64,000 nt of DNA from Candidatus Limnocylindria bacterium. GTDB lineage: Bacteria > Chloroflexota > Limnocylindria > QHBO01. Location: the NCBI GenBank assembly GCA_046262115.1, contig JBHENJ010000037.1, positions 22,993-86,992 on the forward strand, in the 5' to 3' direction. A program made the translations under genes and the position numbers. Below the pieces are notes generated by a model. That model did not search any database. It saw nothing but the letters and a program-made list of their open reading frames with translations, and was not told where the DNA came from. Each line of letters begins with the position of its first letter. The stretch's first letter is position 1. Shown here in pieces: positions 48,874 through 56,710 of this stretch.

Positions 48874-49957
48874 CGCGCGTGGCGCGCCGGATCGCGCGCC
48901 GCTGGTCCTCCTCGCCGAGCCCGCGGTGGCTGTGACGGGCCCCTACACCGCGCTGGCCGCCGAGGGACGCAGGCTCCTGGGCGACGAGCTGGCGCGGCGG
49001 TTGACGCGAGCTGGAGCTCGGGTCGTGCCAGTCGCCGCCGCGCCCGAGGAGGGCTTCCGGTGGGGGCGCTGGTTCGCCAACGCGGCGCGCCCGCTGCTCG
49101 CCGAGGGCGACGTCGACATGCTCGGATACGCGACCGCGGGGTCGCTCGCACTCGTCGACGACGAGTTCCTGCGCGCGTTGCTCTCACCGGACGACGTCGT
49201 CGTCGTCGCGAACAACCGCTTCAGCGCCGATGCCTTCGTGGTGCGCGGCGACGTGGCGCGCGCCGTATCGGTCCTCGAGGAGGTGGCGAGCGACAACGCC
49301 GCGGTCCGTTGTCTTGCCGACGCCGGTTTCGCCGCCACCGACCTGTCGGACCGACCATTCGCGAGCGCCGATGCGGACACGCCGCAGGACCTCGAGCTGC
49401 TTCGCCTGGGCGGAGCGACAACCGCGTCGCGGTCGATCGCGGAGCTGCCGCGCGTCGGTGATCTCGGGCGCGTTGTTCGCGATCGCAACGCCGAGATCGT
49501 GGTCGCGGGCCGAGTCTCCACGTCCACGGCGCGCTACGTCGAGAGTGAGACGGCGTGCCGGGTGCGGCTCTTCATCGAGGAGCGCGGCATGCGCGCCGGA
49601 CCGGGGGCGCCTCGATCGCTGCTGGCGGCGTGGCTGGATCGTCACGGCGCGACGGCGCTGATCGAGCAGCTCGGATCGCTCGGTGACGCCGTCGTGCTCG
49701 ACACGCGCGTGCTGATGGCGACCATCGGCCGCTCGTCGGATGCGGCGGCCTGGCCGCCGGCCGAGGAACGCTTCGCGTCCGACTTCCTCGACGCGAGCGT
49801 CATCGAGACACCCTGGCTGCGAGACCTGACCGAGGCGGCGAGCGCGAGCCAGATCCCCGTCCTCGTCGGCGCTCACCTGCTCGTCAACGACGGGTTGCGC
49901 ATCCTCGTCCAGCGCGCCTGGGAGGCCGCGGACCTGTCCGAGTCCGCTCCGCGCTAG
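48866..49957 (+). CDS. hypothetical protein
   Basis: 363-aa ORF with coding-like composition, no recognisable motif. Confidence 0.45.
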   Translation: MSDARGAPDRAPLVLLAEPAVAVTGPYTALAAEGRRLLGDELARRLTRAGARVVPVAAAPEEGFRWGRWFANAARPLLAEGDVDMLGYATAGSLALVDDEFLRALLSPDDVVVVANNRFSADAFVVRGDVARAVSVLEEVASDNAAVRCLADAGFAATDLSDRPFASADADTPQDLELLRLGGATTASRSIAELPRVGDLGRVVRDRNAEIVVAGRVSTSTARYVESETACRVRLFIEERGMRAGPGAPRSLLAAWLDRHGATALIEQLGSLGDAVVLDTRVLMATIGRSSDAAAWPPAEERFASDFLDASVIETPWLRDLTEAASASQIPVLVGAHLLVNDGLRILVQRAWEAADLSESAPR

Positions 49958-50069
49958 GACTGCACGTGCCAGGTCGCCGGCCGGCGCAAAAACCGACCGA
50001 AGGAGCGAGCAAGCGCCGGGTCACTCATCGGCCGTGGACCGCCCCCGATGCTAGACTCAACTCAGGACG

Positions 50070-50429
50070 ATGGATCTGACCGGGCTGCTCTACGTCATCG
50101 GTTTCGCGGTGGCCACGACGATCTTCGTGGGCGCCACGATCGCGTTCGCGTGGCTCATCTCGCATCGGCGGCAGCGACCGCAGAAGGGGCTGCCGTACGA
50201 GTCGGGGATCGATACCATCGGCGACACCTGGTCGCGCTTCGGCCTCGCGTTCTACCTCTACGCGCTGCTGTTCGTGGCCTTCGACGTCGAGATCATCTTC
50301 GTGTACCTGTGGGCGACCGTGATCCGGGCGATCTCGATCGAGGGGATCGTGCTCATGGGGATCTTCCTCACGATCCTGATGTTCGGTGAGCTGTACGCAT
50401 GGAAGAAGGGTGACCTTCGATGGCACTAG
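50070..50429 (+). CDS. nuoA: NADH-quinone oxidoreductase subunit A
   Basis: 3-TM NuoA signature. Confidence 0.9.
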   Translation: MDLTGLLYVIGFAVATTIFVGATIAFAWLISHRRQRPQKGLPYESGIDTIGDTWSRFGLAFYLYALLFVAFDVEIIFVYLWATVIRAISIEGIVLMGIFLTILMFGELYAWKKGDLRWH

Positions 50430-51082
50430 ATCAGACCGATACGACCCTCACCGGGTCGTCGACGAATGGCGGGAACGGCGGCGGGCCGCTGGTCATCCGT
50501 GACGAGGCCGGCGAGGATCCGGCGCTCCGCGAGTTCGGCATGGAGGACCACCCCCGGGGCGGCTTCCACGGCCTGCTCGAGGTCATCCCCACCAAGGCCG
50601 ATTACGTCCTCGACCTCATCCGCGCGAACTCGCTATGGCCGCTGCTGTCGGGGTTGAGCTGCTGCGCGATCGAGATGATGAGCACGGCGACGGCGGTCAA
50701 CGACATCGACCGATTCGGGATGTTCCCGTTCCGCGCCAGCCCGCGGCAGGCGGACGTGCTGATCGTCGCCGGGACCCTGACGACCAAGATGGCCGGGCCG
50801 CTGGTCCGGCTGTGGGAGCAGATGCCCGAGCCCAAGTGGTGCGTCGCGATGGGAACCTGCACGACGTCGGGCGGTCGCTTCAAGCGGAGCTACAGCGTCG
50901 TGCAGGGCGTGGATCGGCTGATGCCGGTGGACGTCTACGTGCCCGGCTGCCCGCCACGCCCTGAGGGGCTGATCTACGGGATGATGAAGCTCCAGGAGCT
51001 GATCAAGCAGCGCCGCGGCCAGTGGCGCGAGTACGTCGATCGCGGCCCGCAGCGCCAGTCCTGGGAGGGAGACGTCCGATAG
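50420..51082 (+). CDS. nuoB: NADH-quinone oxidoreductase subunit B (N2 cluster)
   Basis: [23 protein letters not shown] cluster-ligand motifs. Confidence 0.9.
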   Translation: MALDQTDTTLTGSSTNGGNGGGPLVIRDEAGEDPALREFGMEDHPRGGFHGLLEVIPTKADYVLDLIRANSLWPLLSGLSCCAIEMMSTATAVNDIDRFGMFPFRASPRQADVLIVAGTLTTKMAGPLVRLWEQMPEPKWCVAMGTCTTSGGRFKRSYSVVQGVDRLMPVDVYVPGCPPRPEGLIYGMMKLQELIKQRRGQWREYVDRGPQRQSWEGDVR

Positions 51083-51726
51083 CCACCGCCGCTCCGCCGA
51101 GCTCGGGGAGGCTCATCCGGCTCCTCCGCGACCGCTTCGAGATCGACCCGGACCAGGTCTGGGCCGATGGAGGCATCGACGGCGGGCAGGTCGAGATCGA
51201 GATCGGCACTGACCGCATCCACGCCGTGCTGCAGGCGCTGCGCGACGAGGAGGCGTTCGACTTCTACTTCCTCGCCGACCTCGCCGCGGTCGACTACGGG
51301 CCGGGCAATTGGTTCGAGGTGGTCTACCACCTCCACTCGGACCGCCATCCGGCATGGCTGCGCATCCGCACCCGCGTCGACCGGGAGGAGCCGCACGTCC
51401 CGAGCGTCACCGACCTGTGGAAGGGCGCGATGTTCCACGAGCGCGAGGCCTACGACATGATGGGCATCGTCTTCGACGGCAACCGCGACCTGCGGCGGAT
51501 CTTCATGTCGCCGGACTACCGCAGCTTCCCGCAGCGACGCGACTTCCTACTGCCCGATGACGCCGCCGACTCGTCGGCGGCGGGGATCAACCCGCTCGAG
51601 CGTCCCGAAACGTGGGACCTGGGCGCCTTCGCCACCGCGGTCGATCCGGCGGGCACGTGGCCGGCCGCCGACGCGGCATCGGTCGAGGACTCGACCACGC
51701 TGGCCGACGAGAGCCGGCCACGCTGA
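51022..51726 (+). CDS. nuoC: NADH-quinone oxidoreductase subunit C (30 kDa)
   Basis: NuoC core ([26 protein letters not shown]); only in-frame start is GTG 51022 (61-nt overlap with nuoB); CTG at 51061 alternative. Confidence 0.8.
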   Translation: MARVRRSRPAAPVLGGRRPIATAAPPSSGRLIRLLRDRFEIDPDQVWADGGIDGGQVEIEIGTDRIHAVLQALRDEEAFDFYFLADLAAVDYGPGNWFEVVYHLHSDRHPAWLRIRTRVDREEPHVPSVTDLWKGAMFHEREAYDMMGIVFDGNRDLRRIFMSPDYRSFPQRRDFLLPDDAADSSAAGINPLERPETWDLGAFATAVDPAGTWPAADAASVEDSTTLADESRPR

Positions 51727-51730
51727 CGCC

Positions 51731-53056
51731 ATGACCGAGTCTACGACGCGACCCGCGACGCCGCCCGAGGAGACCTCGGACGCTCGGCAGGACCAGGCCC
51801 GCGACGAGGACCTGCGGCTCCGCCGCGCGGCAGGCCTCGAGCCGGCGGCGGAGAGCGCGGCGGCGGTCAGGCGGCGGCCCGCGTTCGAGTCGGCGGGCTT
51901 CGAGCAGATCGGGCTTCCGGATCGGCCGCCGCAGACGGAACGCGAGCGCGACTTCTTCACCCTCGGAGAGGGCGAGATGCTGCTCAACATGGGCCCGCAG
52001 CACCCGTCTACGCACGGGGTGATGCGGCTCCTCGCCAAGATCCGCGGCGAGGTCGTGACCGACATGGACCCGGTGCTGGGCTACCTGCACCGCGGGATCG
52101 AGAAGATCTGCGAGAACGCGACCTATACCACCGTCCTGACCTACGTCGACCCGATGGACTACCTGTCGGCGATGCACAACGAGCACGCGCCGGCGATCGC
52201 GTTCGAGAAGCTCTACGGGGTCAAGTGCCCGCCGCGCGCCGAATACATCCGCGCGCTGGTGGTCGAGCTGAACCGCTGCTTCAGCCACGGCCTGATGATC
52301 GGCTTCCTGGGGCTCGACATGGGCGGGCTCACGCCGATTCTGTACAGCTTCATCAACCGCGACGAGATCGTCGACATGCTGTCCGCGATCTCCGGGCAGC
52401 GCATGCTCTTCAACTTCTTCCGCGTCGGCGGGGTGAACTTCGACACCAACGACGAGTTCCTCTCCCGCCTGGGCCGCTGGATGAGCCACGCGCTCAGCAC
52501 GGTGGAGTACAACGAGCGCCTACTCACACAGAACGAGATCTTCACCGCCCGCACGCGTGGGATGGGCGTGCTGACCGGCAGGGAGGCCATCGCGCTGGGC
52601 GTCAGCGGGCCGAACCTGCGCGCCAGCGGCGTGCCGTTCGACGTCCGCAAGGCGCACCCGTACTCGATCTACCCGGAGCTCGAGTTCGACGTCATCACCC
52701 ACGAGAACGGCGACGTCTACGCCCGCTACCTCCAGCGCATCGCCGAGATCAAGCAGAGCATCCACCTGATCGACCAGATCATGGACAAGATGCCGCACGG
52801 TCCCGTGCAGGCGCAGGTGCCGGGCATCATCCGGCCGCGGCCCGGCCGGGCATACGCGGCCATCGAGAGCCCGCGCGGGCTGTACAGCGTCTACGTCATC
52901 AGCGACGGCGGCCCCAACCCGTATCGGTTCCGCATGCGCGACCCGAGCTACATCAGCCTCCAGGCCATCCCGCACCTCATGCCCGGGCACCTGCTCGCCG
53001 ACACCATGGCGATCATGGCGAGCTTCGACCCGGTCATGGGTGGCGTCGACAAGTAG
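51731..53056 (+). CDS. nuoD: NADH-quinone oxidoreductase subunit D (49 kDa), with ~60-aa N-terminal extension
   Basis: GPQHPSTHG, no [NiFe] Cys motifs; ATG 4 nt after nuoC stop. Confidence 0.9.
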   Translation: MTESTTRPATPPEETSDARQDQARDEDLRLRRAAGLEPAAESAAAVRRRPAFESAGFEQIGLPDRPPQTERERDFFTLGEGEMLLNMGPQHPSTHGVMRLLAKIRGEVVTDMDPVLGYLHRGIEKICENATYTTVLTYVDPMDYLSAMHNEHAPAIAFEKLYGVKCPPRAEYIRALVVELNRCFSHGLMIGFLGLDMGGLTPILYSFINRDEIVDMLSAISGQRMLFNFFRVGGVNFDTNDEFLSRLGRWMSHALSTVEYNERLLTQNEIFTARTRGMGVLTGREAIALGVSGPNLRASGVPFDVRKAHPYSIYPELEFDVITHENGDVYARYLQRIAEIKQSIHLIDQIMDKMPHGPVQAQVPGIIRPRPGRAYAAIESPRGLYSVYVISDGGPNPYRFRMRDPSYISLQAIPHLMPGHLLADTMAIMASFDPVMGGVDK

Positions 53057-53076
53057 CCACGCCCCCGGGCTGACCC

Positions 53077-54096
53077 ATGGACTTCGAGCTCGTCCTGGGG
53101 ATCCTTCGCTTCCTCCTGGCGACCACGCTGCTGCTCCTGCTCACCGTGCCGAGCGCGTTCCTGATCATCTACCTCGAGCTGAAGGTGATCGCGCTCATGC
53201 AGCTGCGCATCGGTCCCAACCGGGTCGGCCCGTATGGGATCTTCCAGGCTGCGATCCACGGCTTCAAGGTGCTCGGCAAGGAGGACGTCAGTCCGGACCA
53301 GGCCGACAAGCCGATGTTCACCATCGCCCCGTGGATGGTGTTCATGGCCTCGGCGATGAGCATGCTCGTCATCCCGTTCGCGCCCGGGCTGATCGCCGCG
53401 GACTTCAACATCGGCGTCATCTACTTCTTCGCCGTCATCGGCCTCTCGGTGGTCGGGCTGCTGGTCGCCGGCTGGGCGAGCTACAACAAGTACTCGCTCC
53501 TCGGCGGGCTGCGCAGCGCGGCGCAGATGGTGAGTTACGAGATCCCGCTGACGCTCTCCGTGGTCGGCGTGGTGATCCTCGCGGGAACCCTGTCGTTCAG
53601 CGACATCATCGAGTGGCAGCGGCTGCACGGCTGGGCGGTGCTGTGGCAGCTGCTGGGCTTCCCGATCTTCTATATCGCATCGACGGCCGAGATCAATCGG
53701 GCGCCGTTCGACCTGGTGGAGGCCGATTCGGAGATCGTCGCCGGCTTCGCCACCGAGTACTCCGGCATGCGCTTCGGCTTCTTCTTCTTCGCCGAGTACG
53801 TGAGCCTGTTCATCATGAGCGCGATCGTGGTGGCGCTCTTCTTCGGCGGCTGGCTGGCGCCGTGGCCGTTCCCCGCCGAGCTCGACCCGGAATGGGGCAT
53901 CCTGCGCTCGATCTACGGGCTGCTGTGGTTCTTCGGCAAGACCTACTTCTTCGTCTTCGTCTCGATCTGGCTGCGCGCCACGCTGCCGCGAGTGCGGGTC
54001 GACCAGCTGATGGGGCTGGCGTGGAAGGTGCTCCTGCCGCTGGCGCTGGTGAACCTGTTCGTGACCGCGATCGTCGTCGCGGTCTTCGAGCTCTAA
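53077..54096 (+). CDS. nuoH: NADH-quinone oxidoreductase subunit H
   Basis: 8-TM NuoH/ND1 signature. Confidence 0.9.
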   Translation: MDFELVLGILRFLLATTLLLLLTVPSAFLIIYLELKVIALMQLRIGPNRVGPYGIFQAAIHGFKVLGKEDVSPDQADKPMFTIAPWMVFMASAMSMLVIPFAPGLIAADFNIGVIYFFAVIGLSVVGLLVAGWASYNKYSLLGGLRSAAQMVSYEIPLTLSVVGVVILAGTLSFSDIIEWQRLHGWAVLWQLLGFPIFYIASTAEINRAPFDLVEADSEIVAGFATEYSGMRFGFFFFAEYVSLFIMSAIVVALFFGGWLAPWPFPAELDPEWGILRSIYGLLWFFGKTYFFVFVSIWLRATLPRVRVDQLMGLAWKVLLPLALVNLFVTAIVVAVFEL

Positions 54097-54117
54097 CCGC
54101 AAGGAGCGCATAGGCAA

Positions 54118-54957
54118 ATGGCTGTGGTCGGCGTCGGGATCCTCAAGGGCATGGCGACGACGCTGCGCAACCTGTTCGCGGCCAAGGTCACGCGCCAGTA
54201 CCCCGAGGTCCGGCCGGAGATCCCCGACCGATGGCGTGGCCGCCTCGACCTGATCTACGACGCCTTCGGCGAGCACAAGTGCGAGGTCTGCTTCCAGTGC
54301 GCGCAGGTCTGCCCGGTCGAGGCGATCGACATGAGCGGCTTCGACCAGGAGGGGAACCGGATCCGCTACGGCGTCCCGGAGATCTACGACGAGCGCAAGG
54401 ACCCCAACGCCTACCGCCGGGCGGGCCTGCCGGCGCGGCCGATGCGCAACCCGGCCCGCTGGGACGAGGGAATCGACACGCCGTTCGTGACCGAGGTCGT
54501 CGCGCGCTATCACGCGCGTCCCGAGGCACTGGTGGCGATCTTCAACGCCGTGCAAGCGCGGTTCGGGTACCTCCCCGAGCGGGCGCTGCGCATCATCAGC
54601 GACCGCATGACGATCCACTGGGCGCAGGTCTTCGGCGCCGCCGGGCTCGGCGGGTTCCGCCTGCTCCCCGCCGAGGGCCACGTCATCACCGTGTGCGACT
54701 GCGCCGCGTGCCGCTTCGCGGGCGGCGATCGCCTGCTGGCGGCGCTGCGCGAGCAGCTGGGCGTGGCGCCGGGCGAGACCACCGCCGACGGCCGCTTCAC
54801 GCTCGAGGTCGACTCGGATGTCGCTGCCGGCACCATCGCGCCGGCGATCCGCGTCGACACCCTGGTCTACGGGCCCGTGACGCCGGACCAGGCGCTGCAC
54901 ATCCTGAACGAGCGCCGTCGGACCGCGGACGAGCGCACCGCAACGCCCGTCAGCTGA
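54118..54957 (+). CDS. NuoI-like (single 4Fe-4S motif) fused to NuoE-like thioredoxin-fold domain
   Basis: AAGGAG RBS; N-half matches NuoI but only one CxxCxxCxxxCP (CEVCFQCAQVCP); C-half matches NuoE but has only CDCAAC (second Cys pair absent). Confidence 0.7.
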   Translation: MAVVGVGILKGMATTLRNLFAAKVTRQYPEVRPEIPDRWRGRLDLIYDAFGEHKCEVCFQCAQVCPVEAIDMSGFDQEGNRIRYGVPEIYDERKDPNAYRRAGLPARPMRNPARWDEGIDTPFVTEVVARYHARPEALVAIFNAVQARFGYLPERALRIISDRMTIHWAQVFGAAGLGGFRLLPAEGHVITVCDCAACRFAGGDRLLAALREQLGVAPGETTADGRFTLEVDSDVAAGTIAPAIRVDTLVYGPVTPDQALHILNERRRTADERTATPVS

Positions 54958-54959
54958 CC

Positions 54960-56357
54960 GTGGCGACCAACCTCTCGCCCGGCATCACCAGCGTGCCGGG
55001 CGGCGAGCCGCGGCTGCTGACCGACATCGGTCGGGTGGACCCGGACACCATCGGCAGCTATCTCGAGCTCGGCGGATACGCCGGACTGCGGCGCGCGATC
55101 GAGCAACTATCGCCCGAGCAGGTCATCACGGAGGTGGAGGCCGCTGGCCTGCGTGGCCGCGGCGGAGCCGGCTATCCCGCGGCGGCCAAGTGGCGCGTCG
55201 CGCGCGGCGAGGAGGCGGCCCGCAAGATCGTCGTCGCCAACGTGATGGGCGCCGATCCCGCCGCGCTGGGCGACCGGGCGCTCGCCGAGGGCAACCCTCA
55301 CCTGATCCTCGAGGGGCTGCTGATCGCGGCGTTCGCTGTCGGCGCCGGCGAGGCGATCATCGCGGTGCGCCGCGACTGGACGCTCGCCATCGAGCGGCTG
55401 CGCCGCGCCATCGCTGAGGCCGATGAGGCCCATCTCGGCGGACCGCTGATTCTCGGCACCGACGTCAGCGTCGCGGTCAGCGTCTGGGAGGGATCGGGCG
55501 CCTACGTCGCCGGCGAGGAGACCGCACTGATGCACGCCCTCCAGGGCGACCGAGGCATGCCCATGATCCGGCCGCCCTACCCCGCCGAGCGCGGCCTGTG
55601 GGGCGTGCCGACCGTCATCCAGGGCGCCGAGACGCTGGCGCACGTGGCGTGGATCCTCCTGCACTCCGAGGAGGCGTTCCGCTCGGTGGGCAGCGAGGCG
55701 TCGCACGGCACGAAGCTCGTCACGCTCCAGGGCCGCGTCCGGAACCCCGGCCTGATGGAGATCGCGATGGGCACGCCGCTGCTCGCAGTCCTCGAGGCAG
55801 CGGGCGGCGGGAGCGGCGTCACCAAGGCGCTCTTCGTGGGCGGGCCCGGCGGCGGGGCGATCGCCGACGAGGGGCTCAACACGCCGTTCGACTACGAGCC
55901 ACTTGCCGCGGCGGGCGCCGTCGTCGGCTCGGGCTCGATCCTCGTGACCGACACCGACACCTGCATGGTCGACACGGCACGCTTCTTCCTGAACTTCTCG
56001 TCGCGTGAGGCCTGCGGCAAGGCGGTCCCGTGTCGCATCGGCACCAAGCGTCTCGTCGAGGCGCTGGACCGCGTGCTGGCTGCGCGCCCGCGGCCAGACG
56101 ACTTCACGCTCCTCCGAGCCCTCTCACGCAAGGTGGCCGATACGGCCCTCTGCCAGCTCGAGGCGCTCGCGCCTCAGCCGATGCTCACCACGCTCGCTCT
56201 CTTCCCGGAGGAGTACCGCGCGCACGCCGAGCGCGGCGAGTGCCTTGCCGGCGCATGCGACGTGAGCGGCGTGACGCCGCTCCTCCAGCCGCTTACCGAC
56301 CTCGACCCCACCCCGCAGCTCGCGACCGAGGCCGATACCGCGCCGCCCGCGAACTGA
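54960..56357 (+). CDS. NuoF-like (51 kDa) subunit, divergent
   Basis: GLRGRGGAGYP NADH-binding loop, FMN-region AGEETALMHAL...PTV; Fe-S motif reads ACGKAVPC (second Cys replaced by Ala); GTG start at 54960. Confidence 0.75.
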   Translation: MATNLSPGITSVPGGEPRLLTDIGRVDPDTIGSYLELGGYAGLRRAIEQLSPEQVITEVEAAGLRGRGGAGYPAAAKWRVARGEEAARKIVVANVMGADPAALGDRALAEGNPHLILEGLLIAAFAVGAGEAIIAVRRDWTLAIERLRRAIAEADEAHLGGPLILGTDVSVAVSVWEGSGAYVAGEETALMHALQGDRGMPMIRPPYPAERGLWGVPTVIQGAETLAHVAWILLHSEEAFRSVGSEASHGTKLVTLQGRVRNPGLMEIAMGTPLLAVLEAAGGGSGVTKALFVGGPGGGAIADEGLNTPFDYEPLAAAGAVVGSGSILVTDTDTCMVDTARFFLNFSSREACGKAVPCRIGTKRLVEALDRVLAARPRPDDFTLLRALSRKVADTALCQLEALAPQPMLTTLALFPEEYRAHAERGECLAGACDVSGVTPLLQPLTDLDPTPQLATEADTAPPAN

Positions 56358-56710
56358 CCGCAACGGCGCCACCGCGCCGACTCGTACTGAGCCGCGATAC
56401 GGCATGACTCCATCCAGCCGGCGGCATAACGGCACCCGCGTGTCGCTGCATCCGGTTGAGATATGGAGCGTATGCCAGTTAGTAACGTCGGCGACCGCCG
56501 GGGGCGCTCGGATATGCCAGGCATCCATGTTCTCGCGCCGCGATCGCGCGAGGCATGTCAGTAATAAGGCACGACTGCATATCTGCGCCCCGATCCCGGC
56601 TGGGAGCGTTGGATTAGGCGCCCGGTGCATACACCGCCGCCAGGCGGGCAAAACGGACCCTTGGCGCGCGATGAACGGCTCGCCGAAAGTGCCGGTACCA
56701 TAGCGGCGCG

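Noticed and set aside
49958-50069. Rex-type operator (TTGTGAA-N4-TTCACAA) upstream of nuoA
   Set aside because: No such palindrome seen in the 112-bp leader; only weak sigma70-like hexamers
51731-53056. NuoD-like protein as a [NiFe]-hydrogenase large subunit (Ech/Hyc-type complex)
   Set aside because: No N-terminal RxCGxC or C-terminal DPCxxC motifs; reads GPQHPSTHG and ends ...DPVMGGVDK, i.e. true NuoD
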